64,000 nt of DNA from the human T2T-CHM13v2.0 reference genome, Homo sapiens. The DNA is taken from NCBI RefSeq assembly GCF_009914755.1, contig NC_060927.1. One strand, 5' to 3'. The position numbers and the translations under genes are program-made. The notes beneath the pieces were generated by a model. That model was not told where the DNA came from, did no database searches, and saw nothing but the letters and a program-made list of their open reading frames with translations. Positions 47,623-63,165 of this stretch are shown in pieces; position 1 is the first letter of the stretch; every line of letters starts with the position of its first letter.

Positions 47623-47923
47623 GGCCAGGTGCAGTGGCTCACGCCTGCAATCCCAGCACTTCAGGAGGCAGAGATGGGGGCATCACTTGATCCCAGGAGT
47701 AGAAGACCAGCCTGGGAAACATAGGGAGACCTGTCTCTACAAAAAATAAAAAATTAACCGAACATAGTGTCATACACCTGTAGTCCCAGCTACTTGGGGG
47801 GCTGAGGTGAGAGAATCACTTGAGCCCAGGAGGTCGAGGCTGTAGTGAGTCACAGCCATGCCACTGCCCTCTAGCCTGGGTGACAGAGTGAGACCCTGTC
47901 TCAAAATAAAAAAAATAAAAAAA
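47623..47923 (+). mobile_element. Alu (AluJ-like)
   Basis: GAGCCCAGGAGGTCGAGGCTGTAGTGAG diagnostic. TSD AGATACATA(C/T)T. Confidence 0.93.
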
Positions 47924-47939
47924 AGATACATATTAAGAA

Positions 47940-48620
47940 TCATAGTTATTGAAGAAGTAATAAATATATTGGAAAAATTATTGGATAAAATAGTCATAGC
48001 TGGGGATCAATATCAGAGGAATGGCTTGAGAAAATTTTAGTGAAAACAGATAAGATTTAGTTAATAAAAAATACAAATAGGGACAAAGGATAGACAAGGG
48101 CAATCTAACATGATGATGACTGGTATCCATGAAATCAAGAATTCAACAAATGGAGTGGGAGTGGGAAAACTGAAATATGTAATAGTTTTAAAAATGTTTC
48201 CTTGCAGTGAACAATAATAACAAAACATGAATCTGGAAACTAAAATAATAAATGAGCTTTTAGGGAAATTAAGTATAGAATGCTCAAAATCAAGATATAT
48301 CTTTCTTAAAGAATTTTAAGAATAAATAAGAATCTTACATGTATTCAGGGAGAAAAAAAGCAAGTTAAATGCAAGGGGAGAAAATGACAGGTTGGCCTCA
48401 GACTTATCTACTGTAACATATAATAACAGGGTATGTCTGCAATAATGTAAGTAAAAAAAAGTATTATCCAGTGATATCATTCTGAGCAAAGCTATTGTAC
48501 AAATATAAAGGAACTAGTAAAAATCCTAGAGAACAGAGTACCCATGAGTCTTTCCTTGAATAACTATGTGAAAATGAAATCTAGCAAAAATAAAGAACAG
48601 GAGATACTCATGAGCACCAA
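47940..48620 (+). mobile_element. HAL1/L1M ORF1-like degenerate fragment
   Basis: AAGCAAGTT...AAGGGG...CAGGTTGGCCTCAGACTT resembles the ORF1 C-terminal region. Highly diverged. Confidence 0.55.
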
Positions 48621-49081
48621 GTACAATTAAATGTAGAAATAATAAGAAACTACTGTGGGGATTATGGTTATAGGTCGTAATATTACTTTGGATACCTGAA
48701 TCATGTAAAAATAATGACAAATAAAATTGGAGACTTGTAAGGTTCTATCTTTCATAACAAGGAGTCAATTGATACAGACTTAAAACATAGTTTTAAAAAA
48801 TTGATTACAACTTCTGAATAGTTTCTACACCTATATTTTTTCATTTTAGAAGAGCCTTCTAGGCAGTAATATGTCTCGTGAAGAAAAATATATGAATTTC
48901 TGAAATGATTTCAACTACACTGGGGTTTTTCTTCTGAAACATTCTGGTGCAATTAAATCAAGTGTTTTAATTAAAAATTGCACAGTCATATATATTAAAA
49001 ATATGCCTTTATATTAGTCATTCTCATGGTATATATGCATTAAAAGATTGTTGGAACAATATAAAACAAATTAAAGATTTT

Positions 49082-49381
<300 letters not shown>

Positions 49382-49820
49382 AAAGATTTTGTCTGGAACA
49401 TGAGGATTTTTATTTATCTATTTCCTCCTGCTCATAATGAACTTACATAATGTTTAAAAAAACATAGGATTTTTGTTGTAAATTTTTTAGATGAAATACA
49501 ATCCAACAACTACAGTCCTACAACTAAGAAATTTTAGATCAAATGCTTTTAAAAAGTCTTAACACTTACATCTCAGTACGCAAATGAATTTGAAAAGAAG
49601 GAATATGATATTTTTTAAAAGTGGCCCAAATGAGATAACGTTGATCAGAAGATAATTTTGGGAGATAAATACCAACAGTTTCTGAAGAAAGAAATTAGCA
49701 AAGATTAATAGACAGAAGTAAAAGGAGTCTGTAAAAGAAAAATCAGGGAAAGCCCGAAATATGTCCAATAAGGAAATGAATAGATTTACCTGGAGCAACG
49801 GCCCTGTGTTTTGAACAAGT

Positions 49821-49985
49821 GTGAGAAAGGAAGAGGAGGAAGAGGAGAGGAAAGCTAGGAAGGCAAGAATGGGCAGAAGGGACAGGGGAGATAGGAGGGA
49901 AGAAGAGACAAGAAGGGGGAAGAAAAGAGGAAGATAAGGGGAGAGGGAAAAGGAAGAGAAGAAAAGGAAATAGGAGGACAAGATA
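49821..49985. repeat. GA-rich polypurine low-complexity tract
   Basis: About 165 nt almost entirely G/A on the plus strand. Confidence 0.9.
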
Positions 49986-50509
49986 AGCAAAAACTTTATT
50001 AGACCCTTTACAGGTTGCCCATATACTAATTACAAAAATCGTATGAGATATTTAAATGAAAAAGAATACATAAAAAGAAAGTGAGTTTATGGAGATTAAG
50101 TAAGATATCCATGAGCATGAAACTAGTAAATATTCCAGCCAGGAATTCCTCCAAAATAATATTAGAATATTTCTGGAATTGCTTCCAAATTAATGTAAAA
50201 ATGTAAAGACTGAGTACATCTACATACCCCATAACCCTTCCTTGCTTCCAAGAATTCAAAAAAGGAAGTAGGGCCCATTTACTGGGTTTTGTAGATAAAT
50301 AAAAAATATGAAGAAATTGATATAAATTGTTCATATTTCATTTCCTCTCCAAGACATACAGCAAGATACTTTCATTGTCCAGGTGTTCACTCTCAAGTTT
50401 GTTGTAGCTGGCCAAAGAAAATTAAAATACTGACCCTCATAGATCATAACTTGACATCTGTTGGGCCTCTCTATTTTGGCAACTTGGCTTATTCTTACGG
50501 AGAAAGTGA

Positions 50510-50897
<388 letters not shown>

Positions 50898-51039
50898 AGA
50901 TTCTGCAATTAATAAATGTGTGTTGTGAGTTGGACAACTATTTTACAAAACAAAATAAAAATAATAACTACAATAATGGTAATCATTTATTGAACATCTA
51001 TTAAATGTTAGAAACTGTGTTGGGCCTCTGTACAAATTT

Positions 51040-51396
51040 AGACTTGCAAGGCTAAATCCAGTCAGCAGGAGGCCTGACTAGAACAAAAAGCCTGACCCAT
51101 GTTTCAGGTGAGGTGAACGCCTGCCTGACTAAATGAGCTGGAACACCAGTCTTTTCTTGCCTTCAGATTTTGAAACTGAAACCTCAAGTCTTCTGAGGTC
51201 TTGGGCTTGCTGCCTTCCAACTAGAACTTACACCATCAGCCTTCCTGGGTCTCCAGCCTTCACACTTAAACTGGACTTACACCATTGACTCTCCTGGATC
51301 TGTACGTTGCCACCTGCAGATATGGTGACCTCTCAGCCTGGGTTATTATGTAAGTCAATTTCTTACAATAAATCTCTTTATATATCTAGCTAGCTG

Positions 51397-51436
<40 letters not shown>

Positions 51437-51505
51437 GTCTGTCTGTCTATCTATCATCTACACATTCTGTTGGTTCTGTTTCTCTGGAGAACATTGACTA
51501 GTACA
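51040..51505 (+). mobile_element. MLT2 (MLT2D-like) ERV-L LTR containing a (TCTA)n STR at about 51397-51460
   Basis: ACACCATCAGCC...CAATAAATCTCTTTATATATC...GTTGGTTCTGTTTCTCTGGAGAACATTGACTAGTACA terminus. Confidence 0.85.
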
Positions 51506-51609
51506 GTTAATTGTCTCCTAATCAACTAATGTTTCTAGTGGTTGGATTATTTAATACATTGATGAAATAAAACCTATGCACTATGTACACCAGCACTTCT
51601 CGGAAGTTA

Positions 51610-51745
51610 CTGTGTATACATATTCCTGGACATATTGTTAAAATGCAGATTCTGATTCAGAAGGTGGGTAGGGGGGTGAGTCTGGTACTCTGACAAGATG
51701 CCAGTGCCATGCTGTTGATCCATGCATCGCACTTTGAGCAGCAAA
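51610..51745. mobile_element. MER5-like hAT-Charlie fragment
   Basis: TTGTTAAAATGCAGATTCTGATTCAG...CACTTTGAGCAGCAA. Confidence 0.7.
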
Positions 51746-53689
51746 AATTTACAGGCCACCTCTTTACTTCAAAGTAAAGTGACTGGAGATTCCCCTGAGC
51801 CTAGCAGCCTCTGCTGCATCATATTCAGTCCGAGGCCTCTTCCTACATCAAGGAAAAGCTATAGTTAAAGTATAAATCAGGGAGTCATCTGCGAGGAAAA
51901 TGAATGTCACTCACAGTAGTTGTTCTCTGTTTCTGCTGTCATTAAGCTTCAAATTGGTGCCTGTCTGTGCATGAAGAAGAAAACTAGAAAAGGATAAAAA
52001 CAAAAGCATTTAGCCTTGGGCAGAAACAATCCACTGTTCCAAATATTATTTTCTGGCTACATAAACTGTTGCAGGCAGAACTCTGTCCGCTAAGTGGAAC
52101 TAAGTCTAGGCTGCAAACCTTTGCTTTCTCAGAACCTCCCCATATTAATGCATTCTCTAGACAAGTCCCTGAGCTTGCTTGCCTATCTCACCAGAACAGA
52201 GAAACGTGCATTTCTAAGTTACTTATTCATTGTATCAAGCCTATCGATAAGACAAATTATGCCATATATTAAAATGTCATTTGGCCAATTTTGAAAAGAA
52301 AAGCCTTCATTTGTGACAATCTAAATGTACTCTGCAATACATGTATTAGAGATCATAGAAAAGAAAATGCCAATTTTCGTTTTCCATTTAATTTTAGGTT
52401 AAAATTTTGCAATAACTTGTCTTGGTTGACAGAAGCACCTGTGTAAGCAGTAAATGCTACCACATATTTACCCTGGGTAATAGACACCAGATTAATAAAA
52501 CACAAAAATATTTCACCACAAATGACGAGAGGCAGCTGCAACCTTTATGAGAAAAAAAAAATGTGTTCTGATTTATCCAGACATCTAAACAGTCAGCCAC
52601 ATGATTGGAAGTAGCAGTCCAGGTTAGAAGATTTGCCATTTCATCAAATGCATTACCCATTCTTTGGATGGCTTGGTATTTTAAACCGTTTTGTGACAGA
52701 AAATATCATGCGAGTGTGAAACAAGGGAGTTGAAAGGTGCTTTCACTCATTTCACATTATGAATTCTATCCAGTGAAAGCACTCACTTCTGCTCTTTTCT
52801 TTTAACATCATCTTGACTTTCTCATTTCCTCAGCTGCTTTGGTAGGTGTTTTGACACTTGACACTTTTAAAAGGAGCAAAAAAGCAGAAAGTTTTTCTGT
52901 ACAGACATCTCTCTGTTTTCTAATACTGTGAGAGAAAGAACTAGTGTAGAAAATCAGATGTTCTAATTAGAGAATTTTCACATATATGATTGTAATACAT
53001 TTAAATAGGCATACCACTAAATCTAGACCATGTACAACAAAACATTTCTTTGATAATCCAAAAGACTCTTAATGTTACTTGACAGATGTGTGAAAATACT
53101 GGTTAATAGTTCAGTCTAATGGATTAAATGCAACAAGACGTTTTTACTGAGTGCCAAGACAATAATGGTACCCAGTTGCTAGATTGCTAAAGTAAAGTGA
53201 GTTACTGGCTCACAAAGTTATTATCTAACATCTGGATCATGCTGTTTCTCAAACAGGAAAATCATTAGCCTAATGAGTTAGGGTTGCTTGACACCTTTTA
53301 TATACGGGCTTGCTCACGCATTTAGGTAAATTGCCTCGAAGATCTGGAGCAGGTTTTCAGGGTATTTAAGTTCCTAGTGTCATTGAGCAGAATCAGAAAG
53401 TTGATTTGCATTCAATATATGGAAGAAGGTCTGATGTTGTGAAGTGGGTAGTTTAAAACAGTTTAACTTCATAGGTGACTTTTTAACCCTCCCTGTCCTA
53501 CCTTCCCACATGAGTATCACAGCCCTACTACACTCTTCCCTGCCTGGTTTCCCTACTTTCCTCTGCAGTAACATGTCAGCAACAGTATAATTAATTTCAA
53601 AAATCAGGGTTTTGTGGCTATATAATAAAAATAGCCTTTTATAGCAGTTTTCATTAACAAAAATTTATGAACTCATAAAAAGGAAGTCA

Positions 53690-53915
53690 ACTAACATGTA
53701 CTGAATGGTCGCTATGTGTCTTCACTTGATTCGGCACTTATACACATTATATGCATAATCTCATTAAATATCCACCAAAAATCTATAGGGTAGTTATTAA
53801 TTCCACTTTCCTGATAAGAAAACGGAGGCTCTAAGGTGCAAATTTGTCTCTGGTCACACAACTAGTTACCAAAGGACTTAAAATATGAAGCCATATTCAT
53901 GTGATTCCAATACAT
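53690..53915 (-). mobile_element. MIR fragment
   Basis: CCACTTTCCTGATAAGAAAACGGAGGCTC...GGTCACACAACTAGT. Confidence 0.7.
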
Positions 53916-56756
53916 ATTTTAATTATACTCTAGCATACATAAGTTAATGAAAAGAAAGTATAATTTAACTACACTAGCAGTTTATTTTCTTGGTTTACAT
54001 CTATTCATTTATCTAATTATAAAAGTAATATAACTCTCTGTTAGAAAACTTGGAAAACAGAGAACACTGCAAAATTCATATGCATTATCTGTAATCCTAC
54101 CATACATGGATAATAATGGATGATATTGGATGGATTTTATGTTTAACTTTTACGAATTTAGGTTCATAATGCATGTATCTTTTATAACTAGTGTTTGCAC
54201 TTAAAGTATCATGACTATTTTCCATGTTAGTAAATACACTCTGAAACATAATTTTTATGGCTACACATTATTCCATATTATAAAGACATCATAATTCAAT
54301 TTGGTTTCCTTGTTGAATAGCCCTGTTGTTTCAAATAAGAAGGCATTGTGATACAATGAAAACAACTTGGCACTGGAAATATAGAATACTGAATTCTAGG
54401 TTTGTTATTTGCTAGTTCTGAAACATTTTAAAAAGGCATTTAACCTTTCTGGTATTGATTTTTATCTGCAAGATTAAAGAACTAGAGTAGATAACCCTTT
54501 TCACACATTTTAGGTTCTATGACTCCAGGAATACTATGTAAATTATTCTAAATCTGATGCTCAAACTAGAGTATTTATTGTGTATACAAAGATATAGGCA
54601 ATGGCTGGGGGGCTAGAGGGGAATGTTATAAATTCACATATTGGATCAAAGTGGCAGGTTTTCCTTTTTGACAAGTCTAATTTATTCAAATTTAGTTGAA
54701 ATGTTATTTTGACAGGTACTAATGTATTATGAAATAAAATACAATATTTTCATAAATTTTACTCTTTAAAACAGAAAATTTCAAAATATTGAACTCCAAC
54801 TCCCTAAGATATACAATGATTTCTGTGTTATTAGATATGTTTTGGTGGAATATTTTGAGTATTTGAGCAGCCATGCCTAGAACAATTGAAACTAGTCCTA
54901 AAACACTATAGTTATGTTAGTTACTAATCAGATATTTCCATGTAAATGATGCAACTTGTTGGCACAGATTTCCCTTGAAATGTCTTCCTTGAGATACTAT
55001 GGGCAGCAAAATGTTTTTCTAGATTGAAACAAATACTAATCCCTTTCCTATTGTTTCACCTCAGACGGATTTTTCCAAAAAAAATAAAATAAAATAGAAT
55101 AAAAATTACCTCCTGAGCTCCTATTAGAAATGTGAGCTTTAGCACTATGAGCAAAAAGTGGCTTGAGAAGCACCTTGGTCTTTGCGACTCCTAAGCATTT
55201 TTCCTTCTTGTTCTTTTCCTGTTGTTATTTGCTCTTCAGTCATTGGTTCACTTGCCATCATCCCAGGAGTTACCTTCTTTTCTTAGTTTGATATGTTACA
55301 GACTTTTTCGTTTTAATAAATTGGATACTTATGAAATGTACATGATATAACTCTTTTAAACTCTCTTTTTCTAAGTGTTAAATGTGTGTATGCGCAAGCC
55401 ACATGTGCACACAGACACACATTGCTAGACATGAGACTTCTTGAGACTTCGCTCATGTTTGAAAGGTGTGCAAAGCAGTCTATTGGAACTATTGATGAAA
55501 TAAGGATCACTGTCCAGGCAATGAAGATGGGGTGAATCAGTTGAAAATTATTCATGTGAGTAGTCAATCCATGGAAACCAGCACTTTCTGATAGTCTGAA
55601 GGAGTAAGAATTGGTCTAATAGTGCAGTCAAGCAACAGATCTAATGAAAATTCAAAGGGATCTTGAAGAAAGTGATTTAATATACTCTTTCATCCTTCAA
55701 GTATTAGCTTATTTTTTGGCAATCTATGATAATGGAAAAACAGTGCATTTCCACACATATATTCTTGTGTTTTTTCTTAACTGAACACTTACTGAAATTG
55801 AAATAATCCATTCAGTAATGAGATACGAGTAATGAATGACACATGGTTCTTACCCTCAAGAATCTCAAAAATCTATTGGTCAGAAATGAAAGGGTCCTAA
55901 GCATAGGAAGACAATTCTTCTGAGGGAATTTTTCTTGTTTTGTTTTGTCTTGTCTTTTAGAAGTAGCCCAACTCATAAAACCATTTGTCAATTTTCCAGA
56001 ATCATGCCGATACCAAGGCCAGTGTTTCCCATCAATGATATGTTATGTTTGTGTGGAGATTTACAGTTCCTTTCCATATACAATGCCCCATTTGATCTCA
56101 CAGCAGGCATGAGATAGTAGGTGAAGCATTTGAGAGACAGCCAGATAAATGAAGCAACTTCTTTGAAGTCACACAATTAGACTGTAGAAGTCAGACATTA
56201 AACCAACTATTTCAAATTATTGATCTAATGTTGTTTTTACTTTTTCTTGTTGCACATCAAATTCTTTGAAAATCTTTGTTTAGTGTTAAATATTCTATAG
56301 AATCAAGAATTAGATTAATGCAGAAAACAACCGTGTATGCACAAACCCATTTCCAATGTGTCAGCTTTTTTTAGTCTCAATTTTCCTAATCACTTTGAGA
56401 TAAGTAGAGAGATGGTGTAATATTGGACAGATAGGCAATGATAAATTGAAGGAGAAAAATATTTAGGAAAATGTTTTACATTGGATAAAAAGCCTTATTT
56501 AGAAGAAGTTAGTAATTTGAACACAAATACTGGGAGGTGTTTAAGCTTGTGCTGAAATTATTCTCATCAGTATTGCAAGGGGGAAGAGGCTACAAAATGA
56601 TTACAAGAGTAAAGTAAACTGAGAAAATTGGTGGAGCTAGGCTAAGTGAGATCAAGGATTTGCCTGACAGGAAACTGGAATACACAGGCTTCTCTCAGAG
56701 TCACCATGATTAAAGACCCCGTCCCCATGTTAAATATATTCTAATAATATACTTAT

Positions 56757-57158
56757 TGATATGGTTTGGATTTATATCCCCACCCAAATCTCATGTTGAA
56801 GTGTAATCCCCAGTGAGGGACCTGGGACTTTGTGGGAGGTGAATGGATCATGGGGGTGGTTTTTAATGGTTTAGCACCATTCCCCTAGCACTGTTCTCCT
56901 GATAGAGTTCTTGTTTAAAAGCATGTGGCACCTACTCCTACCTCTTCCTCCTAGTTCGGCCATGTAAGACGTGCCTGCTTCCCCTTCACCTTCTGCTGTG
57001 ATTGTAAGCTTCCTGAAGCCTCCTCAAAAGTCAAGCAGATAGCCAGCATCATGCTTTCTGTATGGCCTGCAGAACTATGAGCCCATTAAACATCTTTTCT
57101 TTATAAATTACCCAGTCTATGGTATTTCTTTATAGCAATGTTAGAATGGACTAATACA
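56757..57158 (+). mobile_element. MaLR solo LTR (MSTA/MSTB-like)
   Basis: TGATATGGTTTGG...GAATGGACTAATACA termini. TSD CTTAT/CTTGT. Confidence 0.93.
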
Positions 57159-58642
57159 CTTGTAAAATAAATAGTAAATAGAGTACAGCAACACTTGCCT
57201 TGCTAGTTCCACCTTGAGGAAGGATTAAGTAGAAATTTGTGCAAAGGATAAGGATAACATCACAGAAATTGTAAGTAAAAAAGATTTCTGTGCCAGTACC
57301 TTTATTGAAATGTTCGACCACTAGTCAGCTGGAGTTCCTATTGTCCCTGTCAGTTAATGTAAAGGAGTTCAGTGTTTTAGGCACCCACATTGCCCTGCCT
57401 ATTTCTTCTATGTGATGGTCAATGGGAGGAACCATTGGATAGCTTGATAAGTTTATCATGGGTTGCAGATGTGCGACAGAAGCTACCTGAATGCATTTCC
57501 TTAGATCTGTTGCCCACAAACACAATCAAAGGGTTAAGGAAGTTAGAAAGGAGAGAGTTGACAAGGATATCTCAAAAGGAGCACTACTGCTACTCTGTAT
57601 AAACGTGCATGCCAGGTGCCTTTCCAGGCCGCTTCTGTTTTTGTTCATTGGTCTATACTCCATAGGAGAACCACCACAGAGTTGTTTAAATCATCTACAG
57701 AATTTTCTGTGACATTGATTTTACCCTTTTTGTGAGCCAGTGTTCAGCAACAAAAACCTTTGCGTGAAAGAGTCGAAAAAATTCCAGAACTCAAAATGTC
57801 TCCTGGTCAATGCCCTATATCCTTTAGCACAAAGGACCAGCTTTGCCATTGTCTCTTACCAGATACGTCTTTCAAATCAAAGTCATCTGTTCCATGAACT
57901 TCTAAGAGTTGGGCCAAGGGAAATTTTAACCAAGAAACCGTTTCACCAAATGTCAGTCAGAGTGTCTGGCATCTGGCTGAAACCTAAAAGCTTGGAATAT
58001 GAAATGCTTCAGAAGGCTGTAGCCTCCTCTGGAATTTTAGAAAGTATAGAGTGCACTTAAAACGTATGTTTATTTTATGTTTCTGATTAGAAAATTATTC
58101 AATGTTCATTATAAAAAATTTAAAATAAAAAGCAGAAAGAAAATGACAATTATTCTTGATCACAGGACATTATTGTCATGTAATATTTCCTTGTCTTCTA
58201 TCTATGGTTTGTTTTACAAACTTAGCATCTTATTCTATATGCTACTGTATATATGTCCTCTTCTTTATATATTTTCCATATCATTTAATAGTGTGTTAAA
58301 ATGTTAAGCTATCATGAGGAAGTGTCATTATTAATCAATTCTAAATTAATGTACTTTAATTTTTCTAATCTTGAATAGAATATTTTAGATACTACCTTTG
58401 TCCATATAACATTGTGTGCATCTTTGATTGCTGCCTTGATTTTATTCTAGATAATTACTATGACAAAGATCAATGAATATTTTTAGAATCCCGATAGATT
58501 TTGCCATATTGATTTCTAGAAAGTTAGTGCTCTCTCACAAGCTGTGGCTAAGATTTGTCTTGCTGTACTGTGTTAACAGAAAAAAATATTTCAAAAGGAT
58601 GTCTGAAAAAATTGTGATTTTGTATTTTACTAGTGAAATTAA

Positions 58643-58725
58643 TCTCTCTCCTCTCTCTCTTGCTCTCTCCCTCTCTTGCTTCATCTTTCTCTCTCTCCCT
58701 CTTTCTCTTTCTCTCTATCTCTTTT
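58643..58725. repeat. CT-rich polypyrimidine tract
   Basis: Imperfect (CT)n run. Confidence 0.85.
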
Positions 58726-59178
58726 AAATGCCACTCTCCTACCATAGAAAAAGAATCTAAGTCCTGGGACACACCTAGCCCCATAGCCTGCCCTACACTA
58801 TCCCATCTAGGACTCATCAGAGGGATTATTTCCAGAGCTCCTATTCTCATTGCCTGGTATCTCAGCACTTCTTAGGAGAGGTACATGTCAATGCTCAGTG
58901 ACATTTATCAATCTGATTACATCTAAAGCATACACAGCAGAAATTTCTTAACATTTGCTCCTTATTGTAGTTTTCAGTTGTTGCAGGTTTCCTCCTACTT
59001 TTTGTAATATTCTGTATATCTTTTCATCTGTACTACTTTTAGTATTTTTATACTTTTCATTGTACTTCCTTCCACCTGTAAACCTTCAAGTTTCTATGTT
59101 TTGATTTGAATAATTACTACTTTCTTCTTTCTCAAATACAAACTCAGCTTCTCCTTAGGCCTCTTTCCATTAGCACCC

Positions 59179-59556
59179 TGTATTAATCTGTTTTCACAGT
59201 GCTATAAAGAACTTCCCTGAGACTGGGCAATTTATAAAGGAAAGAGGTTTAATTTACTCACAGTTCCGCATAGCTGAGGAAGCCTCAGGAAACTTACAGT
59301 CATGGCGGAAGGGGAAGCAGACACCTTCTTCACAAGGTGACAGGAGAGAGAGCATGTGAAGGAGGAACTGTCAGGCACTTATAAAACCATCAGATTTCAG
59401 GACAACCCACTATCACAAGAACAGCATAGGGGAAACCACCCCCATGATCCAATCATGATCCAGTCTCCCACCAGGTCTCTCCCTGGACATGTGGGGATTA
59501 TGGGAATTACAATTTGAGATGAGATTTGGGTAGGGACACAGAGCCAAACCACATTA
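59179..59556 (-). mobile_element. MaLR solo LTR (THE1D-like)
   Basis: TGTATTAATCTGTTTTCAC...GAGATTTGGGTAGGGACACAGAGCCAAACCACATTA. Perfect TSD CACCC at 59174-59178 and 59557-59561. Confidence 0.93.
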
Positions 59557-62474
59557 CACCCTTTTCTTTTTTCTGGAAGCCTCTGCTTCTCAAAGGTACC
59601 TTCTGTTCCAAATATCTACTATAACCCAGTTTTATTCACAACTGGCTGTGAATTAATCTCACTATGTGTTAGATGATAATCAGTATATTAGTTGATAACC
59701 ACTTATGCTGTTTTCTTTTGTTTAAATATTTTAAGAGAAATTAAAGAAAAATAATAGCATTCTAAGATCCAAAGGGATAAAAGTTTAATGACAGATAATG
59801 GGGAAAATGCTTTGGATTAAAGAATCTTATTTGCTGCTCTCCCAGACTTTATTTCAAGTTGTTGCCCTTTGAAAAAATTTGCCTTAAAATGTAAATCGGA
59901 ATTGCAAGTAGATCTCTGATTTTTTTTTAGGCTCTCATTTCTACATTTATTTCACTTTTTTTTTTTTTTTTTTACCAAAACATAAAATTTTGTTTCTGCA
60001 AAATGGCTGGTATTCTACCCATTGTGATTCCTCTAGTTGTTTTCAAGTTGTTAATAAGTCCACTGACTACTGAACAGGGCCTATTCTTACAAACTTTGTG
60101 GTCAGCTCAAGCTCACAGCATTTTAAAACTGAAGGAATCTTAATGCTAGCCGGTGAACCTCAAAAAATTGAAGTAGGTCCAGAGAAATTAGGCAGTTTTC
60201 AAGATGATACAGATAACTGTCTTCCAAAACTCAAGCCAATGCTTTCTATTACAATTATGTCATTTACTGTGTTGTTATTGTTGAAAACTTCATGTAAACT
60301 ATATCCTAAAGTAACTCTTGAAGAGCATTTCATTTTACATATATTATTATCACAGCCTCACATTAACCTTTTCCTTCATAATCAGTTCCTCCTAAAAATA
60401 CATCCAGTTCCTACAAAAAGAAATAGTTCCTAGTTAAGTTACAAAGACACAGGTGCAAACTTCAGATGAGTCCAAAAGCTAGTATGCTGCTGCTAAAATC
60501 CTGCTCTTCACAATTACGTTTTATCTTAATCCTGGGCTGTGCACCTGCTTCTAAGGGATAGGCTTCCAGGAATTCAAAGGATTCTTTGTCTGAATCCACA
60601 TTTTATTCAGCTTAATGAGTTTTATGCATATGCTAATTTTCAAGCATCATACCTCAAAGAGGTGTGAGAATATATCTGGATATAGATATAGATCTCAATA
60701 AAGAGAAAAAATGAGAAAATGCAGTAAAAGTTCCAGTAGTTCAGTAGTGTGGTATAAAATATGATGGCACAATTGGTTCTCCAGTCAACAGAGAGAATAG
60801 AGACATTCACAACCAAGAATAACTTTCCTCTTGGGTTAAGATTTTTTCTTCACATAAATTCACAGCATTTCAGTCTTGGCAGGTTTTCTTCAGACTCAAA
60901 ATAAAACATGATCATTGTCTTTTACAATAAATAAGTCTTGTCCTCTGTGACTAACCAAGGAAATGACATCTTAAGCACCAGGATCACAAATGGAGAAAAC
61001 CTAAGCTGCCTAAAAGGAAAGATTTAGCAGTAACAAGCTAAAGCATGTAATCTCTGCAGACTCAATGCCCAAGCCTTCCCCTAACTAACAATGGGGCTAT
61101 CTGGGTCTTCAGAATTTTTGCAGGGCAAAAGGGTATCCCAGTTCCAAGAAGGACTAAAAGATAAATTGACCTCTACTCCTCCAGGCCTGGGAGGCTGCCT
61201 GGTTCTCCTTGGTCATGGCCTCTGCCCTTCAGAAGCAGAAGTCAGGACAATCATGATCTGACCTCACCCCATCTTTCATGCAGAGACAATGATGAGTCTT
61301 TTTATAGGTAATTGTTTATACACAGGTCATTTTACTTAATCTGAGGGATTCACTTGGGAGAATTAATTAAGTTAGCAAATATGCAAATCAGTAATTTGAT
61401 TGTCTTTACTTGACTTAGAATGAGGCTAAGTCTAACACAGTATTTGCAAATCTTGAAACATGACATTTTTCTTTTGGCCTTTATTTAGCTGATTGAAGCA
61501 GGTTATTCAGAAGGTAAATTCTGAACCCAAACCAACTGAACTCTATTTTACTAAATTGCACATTTTATATTGTCAAGGAATGCATCAAGAAATGCAATAC
61601 ATACATTAGAATTGAGTAATTTTGGAAGATAGAGCATTTTCAATTTACCAAGACAGGGGCAGAAAAAAATTCCAAGTTTTTCTTGGTTAGCAGTTTAGCT
61701 CTTCATAGTACAAAGACCACTTACATCTATGGTCCTCAGAAGTTTATAAACTGTTTCACCTATATTATTTTCTTTGGCTCTTTCTAATATTCTGTAGGTT
61801 ATTTGCAAATGCATGTTTATTTAAATTTGAAATCATGAAAACTAAGGCCGGGGAGACATTTGTGCTCTCTCAAAGTGAAGATCATTGATGTTCAGTGACT
61901 TTAACTTAACAATTGTAGCTTATTGCTTCTATAGGCAATTCAAGTAAAAACAACCTATTTTATCCCATTTACAATTACTTAGTGTACTATTATGTTTAAA
62001 TGTCTTCTTTATCTGGTCAAAAATTCTTACTGGGAAGGGAATATGTCTTATTCACCTTCATATCTTCTATGCAGCTCAGCACAGTAACTTGACACATCAA
62101 AGACTCATGAACCTATCTTAATAAGTTGGACTGCACCTTTAATAAATATTTATGTAATTATTTAATATATATCTATTATATTTCCCCATTACTATTTGCC
62201 AGTGAGAAAATACTTCTTTCCCCATGTTAAATTCCTTTTAGAGGTAAAACAAAAAATTATCAGGCTTTTTTAAAATGCATCTCTCAGAGTTGGATATTTG
62301 AAGATAAACTTAGGTTGTCTTTTGACTCATTCCAAATCATTTTACCCCACACATAAAAATTGGGGATCCTAGTATATATTTAACTCTCTGTCTTCAGTCA
62401 AGAATGGGATAAATTATCCCTTAGAATTTAAACTTAAAAGTTTAATTTTATTTAGTTGTTTATCGCCAAAGTCT

Positions 62475-63165
<691 letters not shown>

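Noticed and set aside
49559-49990. 143-aa hydrophobic ORF as a membrane protein
   Set aside because: The L/S/F/P composition comes from the complement of the GA-rich tract; non-ATG start and no exon support.
55381-55460. Short inverted repeats AATGTGTGT/ACACACATT and ACATGAG/CTCATGT
   Set aside because: Stems are short and built largely from TG/CA low-complexity sequence; expected by chance.
57160-58060. Cluster of 66-106 aa ORFs in unique-looking DNA
   Set aside because: Overlapping on both strands, mostly non-ATG starts, no recognisable domain; could be unrecognised ancient repeat.
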